Shown here in pieces: positions 59,412-64,000 of a DNA stretch of 64,000 nucleotides. The position numbers were made by a program, and so were the translations under genes. A model generated the notes under the pieces. The model did not search any database, was not told the DNA's origin, and saw only the letters and a list, made by a program, of their open reading frames with translations. The stretch covers positions 2,265,923-2,329,922 of the forward strand of contig CAJINV010000014.1 of NCBI GenBank assembly GCA_905178155.1, written 5' to 3'. Each line of letters begins with the position of its first letter. Within the stretch, counting starts at the first letter, position 1. The stretch comes from Amoebophrya sp. A120. Its lineage: Eukaryota; Protista; Dinoflagellata.

Positions 59412-62400
59412 TCACTTCTCGCTATCGCTTGTTTCCGCTAATTGCAGCTCTGTCCCATCTTCCTCGACTATTACTTCCTTAGCGCCGTCATTGAGGAACG
59501 GCAGAACCCGCGCAGCACCTTCATCTCTCGCTTCTCTCGCATCTTCCTGTTGTGCTAGCCCGGGGACAACAGGAGACACAGGCTCCCCAACCACAGCCTG
59601 CTTTTTTTGGATGAACGCCGCTCGTCCTTGCGACACCTGCTTTTTGCCTTGCGGAGCCGCCCGGGGAGAGGAGCTCTGCATGAGATAGATGGGGAAGAAA
59701 ATCGACACACAGCTGAGAGCGAAAACGACAATGACAATCCACCAACTCCACTGGCACCAGGGGGAGCTCTTCTCCTCTTCGAAGGTGGCTAAAGGTCGTC
59801 CCCCTTGCTGTGCCTGTAGATCAGCTGCTGCCGCTTCAGCATCTCGTCCATCCCCCGCCGCGCCGTCGCAGGAGGTGTAGTTGTAAACTGTCTCATCATG
59901 AAGATCAGGATGAGCTACCGGCCTGTTGTCGCCATAATCTTTGGTCGTTCTCGCACTTCCTCCTGTCCGGCTCCCCGCCAACAGCGGGAAACCCTCGTCC
60001 TGATCCTGAGAAGTGGAGCTCTGTTGCAGGCTATCCGTATTACTGCGGATTAGTACCCCGCCGCCAAACGCGTTAAAATTTCTGTCCCCAGCACTTCTCG
60101 TGGATACCGGTCGCGGGACCCGCATGGAGTTCGAGTTGTCACTGTTCAGAGATGAATCCTTATCCTGCGCGAAGGTGTTGTGAGTGTTGGTCCTTGCAAA
60201 AAAATCGGCCGAGGACGAGTAGGAAGCTTGCTGCGCCGCAATCTGCGACATAGTCAAACCTCCCACAAAAGCTTGGTTTGCGTCAGCTCCTGCTGCTCCA
60301 CCACCTCCCCCTCCCTGACCCTGCTGCTGCTGCTGCCTCAGCGCTACTCTGTTGCCGCTTCTCAGCGTCGCGCGCTTCATGGTGCCATCGTTGAACATGT
60401 GCATTTTCTGGGCGTCCGTCATGTTATCGAAATCTTCGTAGAGGTTGAGCGACTGCTTGTCCCGTTGGGACATGTTCTTCACGAAATACCGATTCATATT
60501 CCGCCGCAACTCGCTCGGATTGTGTTTGAACTGCTGATTCCGCATGGTGTTCAGCTCCACGGTGTCAATGTTCGCAATCTTCGGCGTGGGCCGTTTGCCC
60601 GGCACGGGGATAAAGCTGCTGGCGGAGGAGGACGAGGTCGCCGCTGTGGTCGCAGCTGCTGGGAGGACTACTCTGCTGGTACTATTTTCGGCCGCAATTG
60701 CGGATGCACCTGCAGTGCCTGCGGGTGATGAAACAGCAGCTCCTACTGCTGCATTCTGCTGGGTTACGAAGACACCGCCAAGTCCGACGGGAGCTGCCGC
60801 GGACGAGGAAGCTTGTTCCGCAGCACCTGCGGCCCCAGCTGCACCCGCCCCGTTCAAAGCCGGCGGACCAGTGCTCACTTCCGCCGCTGCAGTTGTTGTG
60901 GTTTGCAGCCTGCTGGGCGTCGGCTTGAACATGACGGCTTGCCTGCTTCCCACGATGGGCCGCAGCGCCCCAATCTGTGCCGTGTCCTCGCTAAAATGGG
61001 AGGAGAACCGCATGAAGCGCAGGGATTCCTTCAATCGCTTCGCGGACCAGCGTTGATTGGGATCGCGCTGGAGGCACTTCTGCAGCAGAAAGTTCAAATG
61101 TTCGTACTGGATGAACTGTGCGTCTGTGTGGAACAAGGACGACTGCTGCTCGTTGATGTTACCTCCGAGTTTGTTTTTGTTCGCATGATCGCTGTTCATG
61201 GACGAGGAGCTTTCGGAACTTTGCAACTTCATCTGCTCTTCCATCCGCTCCGGCAAATCGCTGTTTTTGAACAACTGATCCAACGGGTCGTGCTGCTGCT
61301 TCGGGGTTTTGTTGCTGGAACTAGTTCCCGTAGTGTTGGTCGCGGGTGTGGTTGGCGGGTTCAGGAGATGATGGCCTGCTCCTCGTTCTACTTCTGATGA
61401 ATTATTCGTCGCGTCCCGATACAGTTGCTCGTTATCCAGTCCTGTTAACCCAGTGTGCACAACATTCCCCTTGTCGTCGAAAAACATAGGCCTTCCCGAT
61501 TTCGCATCACAGACGAGCCGCCCCGGGCGGATTTCCCCCTTGAAATTCCCGTGGAATCGTTCGACAAAGGGGTACTGGATTTCCATCCTGGGGTCGACTA
61601 TGGAAAACGCAACGCGGTGGGATTTTATATCCTCATGAGGGGTTTTGTTGTGGATCATTGCGTACAGAATGATCCCAAGAGACCAGATGTCCGCCTCGGG
61701 GCGAAGTTTCACCGTGCCGGCCGCGTTGTTTTCCATTTCCTCCGGTTGGAAAAAGTTCTCGGGAGACATGTACCTGATAAAGCCAATAGGTTTCTTGCTC
61801 TTGCAACTCTTGCTGTATCACAAAAGACAACAACCCAGGTAGAGACATTATTTTAACCGAAAGCATCACATCATCAATCAAAAGACAAGACAACTACGTG
61901 ATCCCTTATGTCTCTATACCTGACAGTCCCGATCTGTGCGTCCATGGTGATGTGACTTTTGTCCCCGTCCAGACTCCTCGCTAATCCGAAATCGGACAAC
62001 TTGATCTGCAATTCGTGATTACTTTCGTCCCTCGAAGATGTCGTGGTCTGGTTCGTCTGCGTTCTTGTGTGGTCAAGAACTTGTTCTTGTTGACTCTGAT
62101 CATGAGTGTGTCTTTGAAGATTGCTTGTTGTCGCTGTTCGTGTTCCTCGTCCTCCTCCTGTCTCTATCGCTCTATAACCCGGAGGAACATACTCGTCAAA
62201 ATCGTGCTCGCTATCGAGTTCCGAGATTGCGGAGAGGTTCGACGTCTGACGGCGCATCAACTCCCTCTCGTGCTTGGAGGGAGAGGGTGAAGACGCAGCA
62301 GGAGGAGTATCTGGCTGATAAGTATGATTAGCTCCACCTATCGGCGCGGTGGTGGAACCTTCTGGCCTGCTCCTCGCAGAGGAGCTGCTCGCACCGGACG

Positions 62401-63505
62401 AACGGCCTGTAGATTGTGCTGACATCGGTTCTTGCAGATTAATATGGTCCATTGCGGCCTCCCCTTCGCCACTGGGAGATAATCTATGCGGCTGCGGTGA
62501 TGCTGGCGCTGCGCCGGTATTTGTATTTCCGATAATTTTTCCGTCCCTGTCCCGGTCCCTCCCGCCCCCGTACATTACATATTTTTCGTACCTGTCATTC
62601 GCCACCATGAGATAGTTTTGCGGCTTCAAGTCGAAGTGCACGATCCCGTACTCGTGAATCAGAGCCACAGAATCCACCATCTGCGCCCAGCACCGGATCA
62701 CCTCCTCCAAAGGCATGCCGCCCCCGTACATCTTCGTGTCCAGCAAGCCCTTTTCGTTCTCCACGATGACCGGGCGGAGGAACGACGACTGGTAGGCCAG
62801 GAAGTCGCACTCCGCGTACTCTAACAGGATGAAAAGCTGCCCCTTGTCCGCGATCGCGTGCGAATCATGGCAGCGGATGACGTGTTTTCGCCCCTGGGGC
62901 GTGTCGCGGAATTTTTTCAGTAGGTTCACTTCCTCCTGAAAAATCGCCATGTGCATGGGGGTTTTCGCGGAAACCACTTTCAGTGCGTATTGCTTGTTGT
63001 CCCTTTTCACTTCATACACTTCCGCGGATCCGCCCTTGCCCATCAACTTCCCACACACAAAGCTGCCGTCGGACAGCTTCACGTTGGATAAGTCGTCGTT
63101 TATGGGCGGATAGTTTTGGTAGGAGCCGTTATGTACAACTACTCCATCGGGATGTTGTTGAACACGGGGGCTGCTTATCGCAGATTTGTTTTTTCTCTTG
63201 TTCAGCTGCTGGCTTTTCTGTAGCTGATGCCCTTTTGTCTCGGCAAACTCTCTCGCGCCACCTCCTCTACTACTACGTGCTACTGGCCCTCGTTGCTGGT
63301 TATCAACATGTTGTTGGCCGCTGGCGAATGCAGAAGGCATGATGTGCGGCGCTGTCGGCGGGGGGACGATATTCTGAATGTTGTTTCCAGAGGTTTTCCT
63401 TTCCTGGTGACCCCTTTGCTGACCGTCTTGTTGTCGCTGTTGATAAGGTTCCACAGCTGGTGGTGCCCGATTAGCGGACGACCGGGCACGCTGAAAACGG
63501 GACAT
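59412..63505 (-). CDS. Ser/Thr protein kinase, MPS1/TTK-like (~1315 aa), with large insertions and a C-terminal TM helix
   Basis: GKGGSAEVY, YALKVV, LEYAECD, WAQMVDSV, HFDLKPQN, DFGLA, QIGTVR|YMSPE, ADIWSLGIILY. GT-AG intron at 61774-61919; exons 1586+2362 = 3948 nt. The MPS1-like assignment rests on motif resemblance only. Confidence 0.9.
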
Positions 63506-63770
63506 TTTCTTTTTTTTCTGACCCGCCGTGGCAATACTTGTACTCGGCTGCTCGTTACACTATGTATCAGTATCTCTTCTTTTTTAAAACTTCATATCAT
63601 CATGCTCCTCAAAGAAATTCCATTTTGTTAAGTTTTTGTCTAGGAACATAGATATAAGCAAAAACAAAAATCATATATTCGACGATATTTCATCAGCTGT
63701 AGCATCAGCATGTACAAACACAAAGGCGACCAACAAGGCAGCAAGAAAATAGGAGTAGAAGCCTAGTAAG

Positions 63771-64000
63771 TTATGGTGCGTGGTCTGCTTCACATTTTTT
63801 ACCGCCCACAAAATCATTGATGCTCAACGTTGATCGACATTTCGTTATCCTTCGTGACATCCAATTTTGTATGAATTTGTGTTGCGGATCATCATTAGTA
63901 CGTAGAAGCACATCTTTACAATCCGGAGAGCTAGATGAATGTGAACCAGAGATCTCCGCATGAAGATTGTTCCTCGTAGTTGCCGACCTTCTTGTCAAGA
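63771..64000 (-). CDS. Possible 3' end of an upstream gene
   Basis: Frame is open from the window edge to a stop at 63771 and co-oriented with the cluster; no motif. Confidence 0.25.
   Translation of the reverse strand, partial: LTRRSATTRNNLHAEISGSHSSSSPDCKDVLLRTNDDPQHKFIQNWMSRRITKCRSTLSINDFVGGKKCEADHAP

Noticed and set aside
61774-61919. Kinase GT-AG intron flanked by TCAGG repeats and starting GTAT, as a possible ancient introner
   Set aside because: CAG|G is the ordinary proto-splice context, the end is TTA rather than ATA, and the inverted similarity is too weak.
1-64000. Search for tRNA, rRNA, CRISPR arrays, transposase or recombinase genes
   Set aside because: None was recognisable by eye, so an autonomous partner for the introners is not evident in this window.

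Overview
Eukaryotic nuclear DNA, most consistent with the parasitic dinoflagellate Amoebophrya (Syndiniales). This assignment is an inference from gene organisation and intron type. All genes I can support lie on the minus strand. Recognisable products are a tandemly doubled PurC-PurE-PurC-PurE (PAICS-like) enzyme, an MPS1/TTK-like kinase with a C-terminal transmembrane segment, an SPFH/Band-7 protein and a Methyltransf_16-type methyltransferase. There are also two Cys-rich, probably secreted proteins and several large low-complexity proteins. The dominant feature is 18 short (126-341 bp) MITE-like introner elements with TAT...ATA terminal inverted repeats, 15 of them with perfect 5-bp target-site duplications. 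For the 16 that lie in identifiable genes, removing the element plus 5 nt restores the reading frame, so they behave as non-canonical introns. This class of intron has been reported for Amoebophrya (Farhat et al. 2021, recalled from memory). The window also shows same-family copies in both orientations, a shared internal TTGTNATGC motif, and TSD drift towards AG. Other oddities are a 1.3-kb exonic insertion flanked by a 38-bp duplication, two abutting perfect palindromes, and a roughly 15-kb gene-poor stretch. Everything was read by eye, without alignment tools or RNA data.
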